Of a stretch of DNA of 64,000 nucleotides, positions 21,801-31,919 are shown piece after piece. Source of the stretch: a virus; the IMG/VR virus record IMGVR_UViG_3300009408_000003, positions 56,328 to 120,327 of that record. One strand, given 5' to 3'. Made by a program: the position numbers and the translations under genes. The stretch's first letter is position 1. Each line of letters opens with the position of its first letter. The notes under the pieces are model-generated. The model was not told the DNA's origin, made no database searches, and saw only the letters and a list, made by a program, of their open reading frames with translations.

Positions 21801-22279
21801 TATAATAATACTTTTAATATTGAATTCCATGTTGGGTATTCATTCCATTTATTATTTTCATAATCCCACCCAAACGATAATAATTTACCAGTAAACTCAT
21901 CAGCTCCATTAGCTAATCTATCATCAATCAAATAATCACCCATTAATAAATCTTTTCTATGTGTAATTATTAGTTTTTTGTGAAATAACTTTTTAAAATA
22001 TGCTTCTATCCAATATCGTTTATCAGTATTTGATTCTGGGTTACCCCATGGTGCTGATGTTAATATGAATATATCATATTTATTACTTTCACTTAATTTT
22101 TTTATTGATTCAATAGCACCTTTAATTGGTGGTGGAAATCGAAAAATTCCTGGAATATGGTCTGGATTTTCTTTGTATTTATTAGCAATGTTTAAATGTT
22201 CACTAAACCATGCATCCATTGCAGATTTAGTATCTACAATTACGCCATCCATATCAATATATAATATTTTTTTCGTCAT
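21800..22279 (-). CDS. 5'(3')-deoxyribonucleotidase (NT5C, HAD family)
   Basis: YIDMDGVIVD, LTSAPWGNP, DYLIDDR. Confidence 0.9.
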   Translation of the reverse strand: MTKKILYIDMDGVIVDTKSAMDAWFSEHLNIANKYKENPDHIPGIFRFPPPIKGAIESIKKLSESNKYDIFILTSAPWGNPESNTDKRYWIEAYFKKLFHKKLIITHRKDLLMGDYLIDDRLANGADEFTGKLLSFGWDYENNKWNEYPTWNSILKVLL

Positions 22280-22335
22280 ATGTTATATCTCTTACTTAAT
22301 ATGCTAAGATACAAAAAATAATTAAGATTTCCTAA

Positions 22336-22770
22336 TTAATTGTTGTTTTTTTTAAAAAAATGTGATAAATGATTTTTTTTGATTGCATCCCATTCTTTTT
22401 TATTAATTTTTAGTTTAAGTTTTTTAGATAGTTGCCAACCAATTTCCCATGCATTAAGTTCTTTTAAGAAATGACCTAATTGATATTTTTCATAATTACT
22501 ATTAATATCTAATAATTTATATGAGTTAATTCCAGTATTTGTAGTCGACTGTAATGATTTTCCAATTTCGAATAGTAAAACAATTAATCCGTTATGTTCT
22601 AAATCATAATTATAATGAATAATTATTTCTCGTTGAAAAAAACCTGTAAATATAGTATCAGTGCCTAGTAGTACTCGGATTCCTCTATGTCTGAAAATGT
22701 AATCGGAAACCTTTTTAAATTTTTTAGGAAATACTCTTTTACTTATTTTATTATATTTAATCATTATCAA
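22336..22770 (-). CDS. Hypothetical protein, metallopeptidase-like with degenerate HExxH
   Basis: LLFEIGKS at the HExxH position; ELNAWEIG downstream. Confidence 0.45.
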   Translation of the reverse strand: MIMIKYNKISKRVFPKKFKKVSDYIFRHRGIRVLLGTDTIFTGFFQREIIIHYNYDLEHNGLIVLLFEIGKSLQSTTNTGINSYKLLDINSNYEKYQLGHFLKELNAWEIGWQLSKKLKLKINKKEWDAIKKNHLSHFFKKNNN

Positions 22771-22925
22771 TTACAAATTTAATATTAAATATCTCTTTTA
22801 TTTTTCTAAAATGTTTAACTCCATTATAACTCATCTTATTATATTTAGGTATATACCTAATTATGCTACCTTTTCGTTTAACTTCAAGTTTAGTGCTTCT
22901 TATCAAAAATAAAAAGCCAACGCTC

Positions 22926-23219
22926 TTAGTCTATCATTTTCATTGAACGTTCGGTATTATTACCAATCACATTAATTTGAACTTCCATTTTATCAGCAAT
23001 CAAATTAAACAGTTCAACAATATTCCTATTATCTTCTTTTTGTTTTTGCAATTTATCTTCTTCGGATTTAGGGTGTCCTTCGGTTCTGTTTAATTTTCCA
23101 TTCAGTTTTTCAGTTAATCCAGCAAGTTCCTTTAATTGCACGCACTTGTGGTCTAACCTTTCAAACGCTTGTATAAGTGTTTGTCTTTCTTGTACTTCTG
23201 TCATTGATTTACTTTCCAT
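22926..23219 (-). CDS. Hypothetical coiled-coil protein
   Basis: 97-aa ORF. Confidence 0.6.
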   Translation of the reverse strand: MESKSMTEVQERQTLIQAFERLDHKCVQLKELAGLTEKLNGKLNRTEGHPKSEEDKLQKQKEDNRNIVELFNLIADKMEVQINVIGNNTERSMKMID

Positions 23220-23309
23220 TTTATTTATATTTAATTTTATAGGTACTCTAAGTTTTCCCTTTCTCTTTTTTATTTTTTTTAATTAGTGCTTAAATTAAAA
23301 TTTGTAGTT

Positions 23310-23567
23310 CTAAACACGCACAGTTCTTATACTTGTACGATGCTGCGTAAAACATATTGTGTTTGGTTCGTCATTACAATAGCAAACAGAACAATGAACT
23401 GCTCCGTATATACCTTTCGCTTTTACAACTGTGTTTCTGCTTTCATACTTTGTTTTTACATTTTCCATAATTTTAAGTTTTAATGTTTGTACTAGCAAAG
23501 GTACGTAAACTAATTGAAAGTACCAAATAGAGTACAAAGATATTTTTGCCATCGCCCACAAAAACAA
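23310..23567 (-). CDS. Hypothetical protein (true start may be internal MENVK)
   Basis: ORF track; CSVCYC motif. Confidence 0.4.
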   Translation of the reverse strand: MFLWAMAKISLYSIWYFQLVYVPLLVQTLKLKIMENVKTKYESRNTVVKAKGIYGAVHCSVCYCNDEPNTICFTQHRTSIRTVRV

Positions 23568-23630
23568 TAGATAACACTAAGTGAACCACATTAAAACCAT
23601 GGTTTATTATTTCCGTTGTAAGTAATTATG

Positions 23631-23960
23631 CTATTTAATATTGTACTTTGGGTGTTTACACGGTTTCATCGTACAGTCTAATGCTACACGTTCATTACCT
23701 CCACACTCGCAAATCGCCACTTCGCTATGTTCACATTCACATAAAGGTTGTAAGGTATTATTATATATTCGTATTGGCTTATTACATCTCATACACCAAT
23801 TCGCTTCGCTACTACCAACTCCAAATAAAATTAATGCTTGGGTTAAGTCTTTTAATCCAATTACTGTCTTTGCAGTCCCCCCTTGTACAGATATTAGTAT
23901 TTCACCTTTATCTCTTCCCATTTCAATAAGGCAATCGTTTTCTTTACATTCGTATTTCAT
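23631..23960 (-). CDS. Cys-rich hypothetical protein
   Basis: 109 aa with CMRC, CECEH, CECGG. Confidence 0.6.
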   Translation of the reverse strand: MKYECKENDCLIEMGRDKGEILISVQGGTAKTVIGLKDLTQALILFGVGSSEANWCMRCNKPIRIYNNTLQPLCECEHSEVAICECGGNERVALDCTMKPCKHPKYNIK

Positions 23961-23983
23961 AATTATATATTTAAGTTAATAAT

Positions 23984-24012
23984 TCGCACTAATCTTATTT
24001 TGTTAAGTTGGC
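23984..24012 (-). repeat. attC-like dispersed repeat half-site (YAAC-N9/10-TAWGATTAGYRC); representative
   Basis: Similar copies at 24357-24384, 26115-26143, 26714-26742, 60463-60491. Confidence 0.6.
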
Positions 24013-24021
24013 AACAATAGC

Positions 24022-24330
24022 CTACTTGTAACTATCTTCAATCGCATTTACTGCATTTATAAAGTCTGTTTTATCAATTATACCCATTTCATACATTTGT
24101 ATTTTTTGGTATATTTCAATTCCTTTGCAATAAGAATATTTTGTTTCTAATGGTAAGTTATTCTTTTCAAAAGCCGTAGGCATACTATTGCCAACACTGG
24201 CTATAATTAATACCTTGTTTTCGTCTTTATTTGCAAAGTCCTGTGAAACTTTTTCGTAGTCAAAATCGTGATTATTTATCAACCCTTTATCATTTAGTTC
24301 TAACAAAAATCTTATTAATATTTCTTCCAT
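24022..24330 (-). CDS. Hypothetical protein
   Basis: 102-aa ORF. Confidence 0.6.
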   Translation of the reverse strand: MEEILIRFLLELNDKGLINNHDFDYEKVSQDFANKDENKVLIIASVGNSMPTAFEKNNLPLETKYSYCKGIEIYQKIQMYEMGIIDKTDFINAVNAIEDSYK

Positions 24331-24416
24331 TTTTATTAAGTTTAATTATTAATTCACAGTACTAATCATAACCTCTTACGTTGCAAAACATATTATTGCT
24401 TTTCATTTTTTTGCAT

Positions 24417-24677
24417 CTATTGTGCCATCCCATTGTATCTGTTTTCAAAATTGTACTTTTTTGTATTATTAATGTATTCAAAGACTTGGTCTTTAGTAGA
24501 TTTCATTATAGTTCCTTTTCTCTTTTCAATATCAGCAAAGGCTTCTGCAAATTCCATATTAATACTTTTAGTTCCCCTTATATCTTCCAATACATCTACA
24601 AGTTTTTTTAACTGCAAACTTACAATTCCGCCATTGAAAAGTATTTTTTCGATTCTGTTTTTAATATGAGTTGTCAT
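24417..24677 (-). CDS. Hypothetical protein
   Basis: 86-aa ORF downstream of a TTTG/TAnnTTTG promoter. Confidence 0.6.
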   Translation of the reverse strand: MTTHIKNRIEKILFNGGIVSLQLKKLVDVLEDIRGTKSINMEFAEAFADIEKRKGTIMKSTKDQVFEYINNTKKYNFENRYNGMAQ

Positions 24678-25140
24678 AATTTATATGTTTTAATTAATTA
24701 ATACTCAAATGTAAACATAAATTTACTAACTACCAAATAAATATTGAAGTTTTTTTTAATTATTTTACCGTGCAGTATAAAAATAATGCCTTAAATAGTT
24801 GTATATTAAACATTTGTAGTCTTATTTAAAATCATTATAAATATAAAAATTAGTATTTTATAAATGACATTATTATTATACTATCAGTTATGTGCAATTT
24901 AAAAAATTATTTATTATTTCTTTAATCATCTTTTATATATTTATTTAATTAAAAAACTCTTTGCCCAAATTTCAGTTATAGGATATTTTTTTAACAACTA
25001 GAGTACTAGGTTTACGTTCTATAATATATTTTACAATAAACACAACTGCTGATACAGTTTATAATAATTGGAGAGTAACAGCTTCAGTTACCATGCTTAT
25101 ATCCCACTTACTTATTATTGTTTATCTTCAATCAAAGAGT

Positions 25141-25335
25141 TTAATTTTTAGAATCTTTTTCAATTATTTTCTTCCAAAAATCAGGATAATCTTCTGGTAG
25201 ATAATTCATTTCAGTGAAAGACATACAATCTTCTTTATCATTGTCAGGTAAATCAAATCCATCTTCTGTTTCTTCTAAAATATATCCTAATTTAGGACTT
25301 CTTGGGTATGTTTTAATAAGTTTATATTTTCTCAT
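25141..25335 (-). CDS. Hypothetical protein
   Basis: 64 aa; MRKYKLIKTYPRSPKLG. Confidence 0.6.
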   Translation of the reverse strand: MRKYKLIKTYPRSPKLGYILEETEDGFDLPDNDKEDCMSFTEMNYLPEDYPDFWKKIIEKDSKN

Positions 25336-25339
25336 TACT

Positions 25340-25684
25340 TCAAATTATTTTTTTGCACCATTTTTCTTTAGCACTTCTATATAATATACTTAATTGTGTT
25401 TTATCTTCTCCTGCATTATTTATAAATATAGGGGTAATAGTTGGTTTTAGTATTTTATCATATAAATATTTTATTCCTAAAAATATATAATAAAATATAA
25501 CTGTTAATATAGCTAATATACATATTATAATAGAAAAAATTATAATTCCTGTAATTAAAAATAAAAAAGATAATAAATATAAATTATATGTATTTTCCTT
25601 AAATACAGGAAATAGTGTACTTAGTATCATATATCCAAATAATGTAGCTGAAAGAGAAATTAATACAAAAAAAAGATGCATCAT
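25340..25684 (-). CDS. Hypothetical membrane protein
   Basis: 114 aa, 2 TM helices. Confidence 0.6.
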   Translation of the reverse strand: MMHLFFVLISLSATLFGYMILSTLFPVFKENTYNLYLLSFLFLITGIIIFSIIICILAILTVIFYYIFLGIKYLYDKILKPTITPIFINNAGEDKTQLSILYRSAKEKWCKKII

Positions 25685-25776
25685 TTTTTTTCTTTAATTC
25701 TTCTTGCGTCATAATATTTTTAGTTTTATTTTATTCGTAAAATTACATTGTCATGTCCGCATCTGTTGACGGTCAT

Positions 25777-26082
25777 TTAATGATTGATGTTAAACATTAT
25801 GTTATATATTTCAATAGCATCTTCTATCTTAATCCAATTATTACTTTTAAACATTTTGTATAAATCATCATTTTTGACAAACATTGTTTTTATCCATTCT
25901 TCAAAGTTAGGCATTTCTTTACACCTAAACGTCACTTCGTTACTACCATCATCGTTTAAACCTAATGCTTTAATTACGCTATCTAAATCAATTAATAGTT
26001 GCTCTCTAACATCTACTTGTGCTCCACGCATTTCAAGTATAGAATTATAACCATACTTTTCTGCAAATTCTTCTTTTGTCAT
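25777..26082 (-). CDS. Hypothetical protein
   Basis: 101-aa ORF. Confidence 0.6.
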   Translation of the reverse strand: MTKEEFAEKYGYNSILEMRGAQVDVREQLLIDLDSVIKALGLNDDGSNEVTFRCKEMPNFEEWIKTMFVKNDDLYKMFKSNNWIKIEDAIEIYNIMFNINH

Positions 26083-26150
26083 TTTATTTATATTTAAAAA
26101 TTATTATTATCTAACCGTACTATGATTAACCAAATACGTTGACAATAATA

Positions 26151-26501
26151 CTACATAATTTCAAAAATAAAAGTTTTGTTCCCATTACCTTTTTCTTCAA
26201 CATAATAAAAAGAACCTGTTTTTTCAATATCTCTAAACCTTTTATTTGTTATACGTTTAGTTTTTATATTTATTTTATCCATTGCTTTTTTATGATTTTC
26301 TCCCCTTACAAATTGTTTGTCTCCCAATTTCCATTTAATAGACTTTGTAATTGAAAAGAATCTTTCACTTAAATCTTCATCACTATTAAAGTGATATATT
26401 AATCTCATTCCCTTAATTTTCCAAGTTCCACCACGTTCAGTTATTTTTTCTGCGTGTTTCACTAATGCTTTTGTATTTGTATGTGTTTTTTTATATTCCA
26501 T
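26151..26501 (-). CDS. Hypothetical protein
   Basis: 116-aa ORF. Confidence 0.6.
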   Translation of the reverse strand: MEYKKTHTNTKALVKHAEKITERGGTWKIKGMRLIYHFNSDEDLSERFFSITKSIKWKLGDKQFVRGENHKKAMDKINIKTKRITNKRFRDIEKTGSFYYVEEKGNGNKTFIFEIM

Positions 26502-26793
26502 TATTTCAAATTTAGTTTAGTTCGTTAATTAGTCATACTATGGGTAACGACGTATAAAAAAATTCCTTTTTAATTGTGCTTTTGTGTAACATTATCGTTT
26601 TGCTTTTAATTACATATCAAATATATAACATATGTATCATATATACAACATAAATAGTAAAAAGTTTTATTTTTATTTAAAAATAATTAATCCACCACTA
26701 TTTTTTTATTAACTCGCTAATCATATACGTTTACAGTTGGGACGTAATATGCTAGCTGAAATTTACAAATGAAAGTTTAATCTTTCAAACTAC

Positions 26794-26923
26794 ACCCAAC
26801 AACATATATAATTTATAGGCAATAAGGTTATTATTCAATATTTATTTCTATTTATTAAAGTAGGCTCTTAATTCAAAATTTCTATATGTTAATGTCTACA
26901 AAATCATATACAAGCCGTTAGCA
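26794..26923 (+). repeat. Full attC-like site (ACCCAAC..ATATA..TATAC..GTTAGCA)
   Basis: AAC inverse core and GTTRRRY-like core bracketing ~130 nt. Confidence 0.55.
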
Positions 26924-26969
26924 TTAATTAGTAAGTGTTATTTAGGTCACACAAACCTTATATATTTCG

Positions 26970-27158
26970 TTAGACACAATTATTTTCTTCTAAGAATGTA
27001 TCAATTTCCTCTATATCTATCCAATCAGTGCCACTACCCTCGTTATCTTTGTTGAACCAATACATAAATGGAATTAACAGTTCACGCTGTTGACTAACCA
27101 TAGATATATCAAACGTCTTTATTAGCATCTTCTGCCCATAATGCATTAGAAGTTTCAT
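26970..27158 (-). CDS. Hypothetical protein
   Basis: 62-aa ORF. Confidence 0.45.
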   Translation of the reverse strand: MKLLMHYGQKMLIKTFDISMVSQQRELLIPFMYWFNKDNEGSGTDWIDIEEIDTFLEENNCV

Positions 27159-27299
27159 CTTTAAATTTTTGTCTTAAATTTTCTTGTTCTTTACTCATAA
27201 TATCTGTTTTAAATTAATACGCGCAAAACAATAATGCTTAAATTCTTTAATGTTCTATAATTCGTTTCCATAATCAAAAATAAAAGTCTTTGCGCTTCT

Positions 27300-27983
27300 T
27301 TAAATTTCTATAATATTACCATTACTGCTTAATTTTCCAAATTCATTATCTGTAACAATACTTCCATTACTAAATATAGTATCTGAATTTGATAATTTTA
27401 GTAATCCAGAATTTGTAACTCCTTTACAATTATGAATATGGCCAAAACAATGTAATTTTGGATTTACTTTATTTATTCTTTTTCTTAATGCACTACACCC
27501 ACACATTTCAATATTATGATACCTGTCTATACTTATATCTAATATCCCTTTTGGCGGCGTATGTGTTATAACTATATCTGTATCTAAATCTATATGTTCC
27601 CATATTTTAGCTATTTTACTTCTATTTTTCATAAAAGACCAATCACCAAAAGTAGGCACAAAAGGAGAACCAAATATTTTTAATCCTAAAACTTCAATAG
27701 TCTCATTTTCTAAATAAATAATTCCATTATCTTTAAAATCTTTTTTAGTTATAACGTTTTTATAAATTGCTGTATCGTGATTTCCAGCTACAAATATTTT
27801 ATATTTTATATTTAATTTAGAAAACCAATAGATAAAATTCATTATTTCTTGATAGCTCATTTCTAAATTTTTAGGATTACTACAATCTCCAGAAAAAATT
27901 ACAATATCTATATTTTCAGGTACTATTAATAATTCGTGGTAAGTATGGGAATCCCCAATATGCCATAGTTTTTTTATCATCAC
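27300..27983 (-). CDS. Calcineurin-like metallophosphoesterase
   Basis: GDSH, SGD, AGNHD, THTPP, FGHIH motifs. Confidence 0.92.
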   Translation of the reverse strand: MMIKKLWHIGDSHTYHELLIVPENIDIVIFSGDCSNPKNLEMSYQEIMNFIYWFSKLNIKYKIFVAGNHDTAIYKNVITKKDFKDNGIIYLENETIEVLGLKIFGSPFVPTFGDWSFMKNRSKIAKIWEHIDLDTDIVITHTPPKGILDISIDRYHNIEMCGCSALRKRINKVNPKLHCFGHIHNCKGVTNSGLLKLSNSDTIFSNGSIVTDNEFGKLSSNGNIIEI

Positions 27984-28339
27984 TTTTTTATTTTTATGAA
28001 ATATTTTAAGGCTTTATTTATTTCTTTTACAATTCCTTGTATCAGGCTAAGATGGAGTAACTTCCCAAAAGTGTTTTCCATCAATATCTTCTCTATATCA
28101 TTTTCTCTTACACATTGTTTCGTAGGCAACTTCACTTCGTTACTACCAGCAACGGTTATAGTTAATTTTTTAACTAACTTTAATTCTTCAATTATAGCTT
28201 GTCCAATTCTATAACTATCATTTTTTGCATTTGTTTCAATAAAATGCATTGCTCTTGTAATAATTTTGTTTTTTATTTCTTGTGTCATAATATTTTGTTT
28301 ACGTTTATATAAGCTAATACTTATTTTTGAATTTACCAA
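27980..28339 (-). CDS. Hypothetical protein
   Basis: ORF track; likely start at internal MTQEIK. Confidence 0.55.
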   Translation of the reverse strand: MVNSKISISLYKRKQNIMTQEIKNKIITRAMHFIETNAKNDSYRIGQAIIEELKLVKKLTITVAGSNEVKLPTKQCVRENDIEKILMENTFGKLLHLSLIQGIVKEINKALKYFIKIKK

Positions 28340-28442
28340 ATAAATTAGTATTAAATTATACCTGATGAGGTATGATTAGTAGTAATACATACTTAATTAT
28401 ACCCGTTAGGTGTTTAAACAGATTTCCAAATTTTTCTCATTT

Positions 28443-28640
28443 TTAAATTGTTTCTACGTTAGTCCAAGCAGCTATATAAATTTTATTTCCATTTTCATCT
28501 TTACCATTGCAATGCATTCCATCAACTCTAAATATTGTAATTATATCGCCGTTTTTTAAACCGACTGAACCAGGCGGAGTTTTTATGCTTTCATCAACTA
28601 TTTTTACTTTAGTTCCGTAGTTAACATTATATGCTTTCAT
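28443..28640 (-). CDS. Small SH3-like hypothetical protein
   Basis: 65 aa, beta-rich. Confidence 0.55.
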   Translation of the reverse strand: MKAYNVNYGTKVKIVDESIKTPPGSVGLKNGDIITIFRVDGMHCNGKDENGNKIYIAAWTNVETI

Positions 28641-28681
28641 AATTTATATTTTATTTTTAATGTTACATATTTAATTAATGT

Positions 28682-29167
28682 TTACACATCAAAATGTATT
28701 GATTTATGGGCCTTGAATAAATCAATCATATTACTACCTTCAACTTTTTGTTTATCCCATAACTCTTCAAACATTTTTTCATCTGGGAATCCAGTCGGAA
28801 ATGCTTTCATAGTAAAATCTTCCCAAGAAATGTTTCGCTTATTATGTGATTTTGCCCAATATTGCAGGTAAAGAATATAAACCATACATTTACCTACGTT
28901 TCCATTTAAAAACATAAGAATAAATAGTTGTACTTTTTTTTCAATAATAATAGTAAACGTATTTTTTATTCTACTTTCAATAGCTGATAGAACCCAACTT
29001 TTTTTCTTTACTTCTTCATACACTCCATCTATATTTTTAGGTGGTATAAGTGTTAAAGAAATCATTATATCTGTTTGCTCTTTAGTCATTAGATGTTTTG
29101 GTAATTTACCAAAAGGGTCTAATAATGTTTTTTCTAGTGAATTAGGTTTTAACTCTGATATTGTCAT
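28682..29167 (-). CDS. Hypothetical protein
   Basis: 161-aa ORF after promoter 29192. Confidence 0.7.
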   Translation of the reverse strand: MTISELKPNSLEKTLLDPFGKLPKHLMTKEQTDIMISLTLIPPKNIDGVYEEVKKKSWVLSAIESRIKNTFTIIIEKKVQLFILMFLNGNVGKCMVYILYLQYWAKSHNKRNISWEDFTMKAFPTGFPDEKMFEELWDKQKVEGSNMIDLFKAHKSIHFDV

Positions 29168-29433
29168 TTTCTTTTATGTTTTAAAATTTAATCAAATATA
29201 CAAAAAAAATTGAGATATCCTATTAAAATCTCATTTTTTTGAAATAATTTAATTATTTACATTTACATCTTTTCAAACAATTATTCCAATATAATGTACC
29301 ACATTTTTTACAAGGTACAATATCATCTTGCATTGTTTCTTTAAATTCTTTCATAGTTTTAAAATCAAACCATTCAAATTCAGACTGTAAAAATTTCTCT
29401 TTATCTTTTGTAACTATATTCATTTGTATTGTA

Positions 29434-29640
29434 TTAATCGTTATGCCAATGTGTTATTCCTGTTTTTTTAGCATAATAATACCAAGTATTATGATCACTT
29501 ACCATACTATAACCTAAATCAATCGTAATATTATATTCATTCGCCGGAATTCCAGTTTCATCAAATTTTAAATAATCATCTTTTAAAATAAAAACTGGCG
29601 ATATAGTTAATTTACTAAGATTATTATTAACTGTTTGCAT
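29434..29640 (-). CDS. Hypothetical protein
   Basis: 68-aa ORF. Confidence 0.45.
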   Translation of the reverse strand: MQTVNNNLSKLTISPVFILKDDYLKFDETGIPANEYNITIDLGYSMVSDHNTWYYYAKKTGITHWHND

Positions 29641-29776
29641 TGCATCGGTAGGTAATCCATGATGAGATATTTTTAATTAACTACCATTTAATGTAACAAA
29701 GGTTGCTCCAGAATGTCTTGTTTTTTTATGTTTAAATATTTGCTTAAAATTTTCCATTACTTTATTAATTATGTTA

Positions 29777-29983
29777 TTATTTTAATTTATTTAGTTTCTT
29801 CCTTAATTCAAAAAGTGAATCACTAGTTAGCAACTTTGCTCTAAGTTTTAGTTCTTTTGAACGTAACTTACTTGCATTAATATAATCTTCAGCTTTGATA
29901 AATCTTTCTTTTTCTCCTACTATTTGATTTAGTTCTAACACACATAATAACTGAGATGCTACTGTTTTTAATACTGTTTCCAT
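29777..29983 (-). CDS. Hypothetical protein
   Basis: 68-aa ORF. Confidence 0.5.
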   Translation of the reverse strand: METVLKTVASQLLCVLELNQIVGEKERFIKAEDYINASKLRSKELKLRAKLLTSDSLFELRKKLNKLK

Positions 29984-30211
29984 ATTGTAATTATATAATT
30001 TATTTTTTTAAAATGTTACTTACTATAAATGTATCACAAAAGTTCTGATAACCATTTGTATTTATTCCGTCAATTTCTATATTATCTATTTTTGTATAAT
30101 CCATAATAATTTAATTTAAGTTATATTTCTTTATTATAGTTAATCAAATATACGAAAAAAAAGTGAGAAATCCTAATTATATCCCACTTTTTTTATTTTT
30201 TTTTAAATTAA

Positions 30212-31144
30212 TTATTGGTATTCATAAAGTATTTTTAAAAGCTCACTTAGTGCTTCGTGTCTATGATTATCCTTTAAACTAACTGTAAATACATATTTAG
30301 ATTCTTTCAATTTAGCTATTTCATGAATTGCTGAATCATTGTTATATTTTAAATCAATTTGATAATAATCGCCAGTTAGTATCATAGTTGAGTTTTTACC
30401 CAATCTACTAATAGCCATTCCTAACTGTTGTTTAGTTAAATTTTGAAATTCATCTACGATTACAATCGCGTTATCAAAAGTTCTACCTCTAAAATGCGAT
30501 AGTGAAACTAACTCTATATTTTCATCGCTTTCCATTTTTGCCAAAATTGCTGGTTTATTATAAACCTTTCTCATGTTTGAACGAATAGGAACTAACCATG
30601 GCTCCATTTTTTCATTTAGTGATCCTGGTAAATATCCGTTATCTTCGTTTGATACCGTAGGTCTAGTTATAATTATTTTATTTACATTTCGTTGGAAGAA
30701 CTGATCTAGTGCAACTTGAACTGCTAAAAGTGTATTATGGTGAATTATTTTATTAGTAGTTTGGTATAAATGAGTTTTGTTATTAATTTCAAAATCAAAT
30801 ACTTTTTCGTTAGGTTGAATTTCTAAATTAGTAATTGTTGATTTTATTCCATTTGACTTAATTAAAGAATCATTTATTTTTAAATCATTTACTGATTTAC
30901 AATGTATTGTATCATAACAAATTTTATGATTTAATGCAGTTCTAAAAACTTCATTGCTAGTAGTTATTTTACATATATCATCATGTTTAAAAATAATTCC
31001 GTTTATGTTTGTCCATTTATTTTTTTCGTCTTGTATTTGAATATTAGTTTTTTGAAAGTATTCTTTATTTTCTTCAAATTTAATATTTTCATATTTTTTA
31101 ATCGCATCAAATAAATTACCAATTTCAATAGTTACTTTTTTCAT
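30212..31144 (-). CDS. phoH: Split PhoH, C-terminal gene: IntC (aa 1-137, ends HHN) + PhoH C-extein (173 aa, starts Thr)
   Basis: ..KVFDFEINNKTHLYQTTNKIIHHN|TLLAVQVAL; then ITRPTV, GYLPGSLNEKMEPW, RGRTF, IVDEFQN, LTGD. Confidence 0.92.
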   Translation of the reverse strand: MKKVTIEIGNLFDAIKKYENIKFEENKEYFQKTNIQIQDEKNKWTNINGIIFKHDDICKITTSNEVFRTALNHKICYDTIHCKSVNDLKINDSLIKSNGIKSTITNLEIQPNEKVFDFEINNKTHLYQTTNKIIHHNTLLAVQVALDQFFQRNVNKIIITRPTVSNEDNGYLPGSLNEKMEPWLVPIRSNMRKVYNKPAILAKMESDENIELVSLSHFRGRTFDNAIVIVDEFQNLTKQQLGMAISRLGKNSTMILTGDYYQIDLKYNNDSAIHEIAKLKESKYVFTVSLKDNHRHEALSELLKILYEYQ

Positions 31145-31214
31145 ATTTTTTGTATAAATTTGAATTTAATAAATTTTTCAATTTCGGATTAGCTAATTAT
31201 ATTTTAGTTTTTAT

Positions 31215-31466
31215 TTATCCGATTTTTGCTGTGTTTTTGACTTTATTAAGGTAGTTGTTTTGAACCAAAAATTCATAAAATTTATCATCTATTTTAATAT
31301 CAATTTCAGATTCATATGTAATACATTTACCACTACCTGCTTTACCAGTTATAAAAGTATATGGATGTGTTAATATTTTAGCCTTTGCTAATTTTTGTTC
31401 TTCTGATAATGTGATAGTAAATTTTACTTTGCTTTTAGGAGGTTGTTTTTTAATATTTTCCTTCAT
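31215..31466 (-). CDS. phoH: Split PhoH, N-terminal gene: PhoH N-extein (aa 1-47, Walker A) + IntN (36 aa, starts Cys)
   Basis: LSEEQKLAK..FITGKAGSGK|CITYESEI. Confidence 0.9.
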   Translation of the reverse strand: MKENIKKQPPKSKVKFTITLSEEQKLAKAKILTHPYTFITGKAGSGKCITYESEIDIKIDDKFYEFLVQNNYLNKVKNTAKIG

Positions 31467-31506
31467 ATTAGTTTAATTAAAATGATTAAAATTAGATTAG
31501 TGTGTA

Positions 31507-31863
31507 CTATTTTTGTAATGAAGTATTGTAGATTGTGCTAGTTTCACTACTATGCTGTTTATTTTTTATTTTTATTATGTTTGCGCATTGTTCATAGTTT
31601 TCAATACTTTTAAAATAATTTAAACAATGGATTAATACTTCATCATAATTATTTTTTTCTATAATTACAACCGATGATACATTGGGATGCACTAATAATA
31701 TTATTTCAGATAAATTTTCATCTATTGCGGTATCAATAGCTTTAACTATTTGAGTAAATACATTATTACCACATGATTTTATAAAATTACTAACACGTGG
31801 TTTATTGGTTGGATCTAAATATTTTCGCCAACCTACTCTTGAATATATATTTCTATTTATCAT
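31507..31863 (-). CDS. Hypothetical protein
   Basis: 118 aa; C-terminal FKSIENYEQCANI. Confidence 0.65.
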   Translation of the reverse strand: MINRNIYSRVGWRKYLDPTNKPRVSNFIKSCGNNVFTQIVKAIDTAIDENLSEIILLVHPNVSSVVIIEKNNYDEVLIHCLNYFKSIENYEQCANIIKIKNKQHSSETSTIYNTSLQK

Positions 31864-31919
31864 ACGATTATAAATATTAAAAATTATAAATAGTAATTAA
31901 ATTAATTGTGATATTTGTC

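Noticed and set aside
31145-31214. PhoH break as a simple frameshift in a contiguous intein
   Set aside because: Stops occur in all three frames within 31217-31204, plus another in the IntC frame at 31168-31166.
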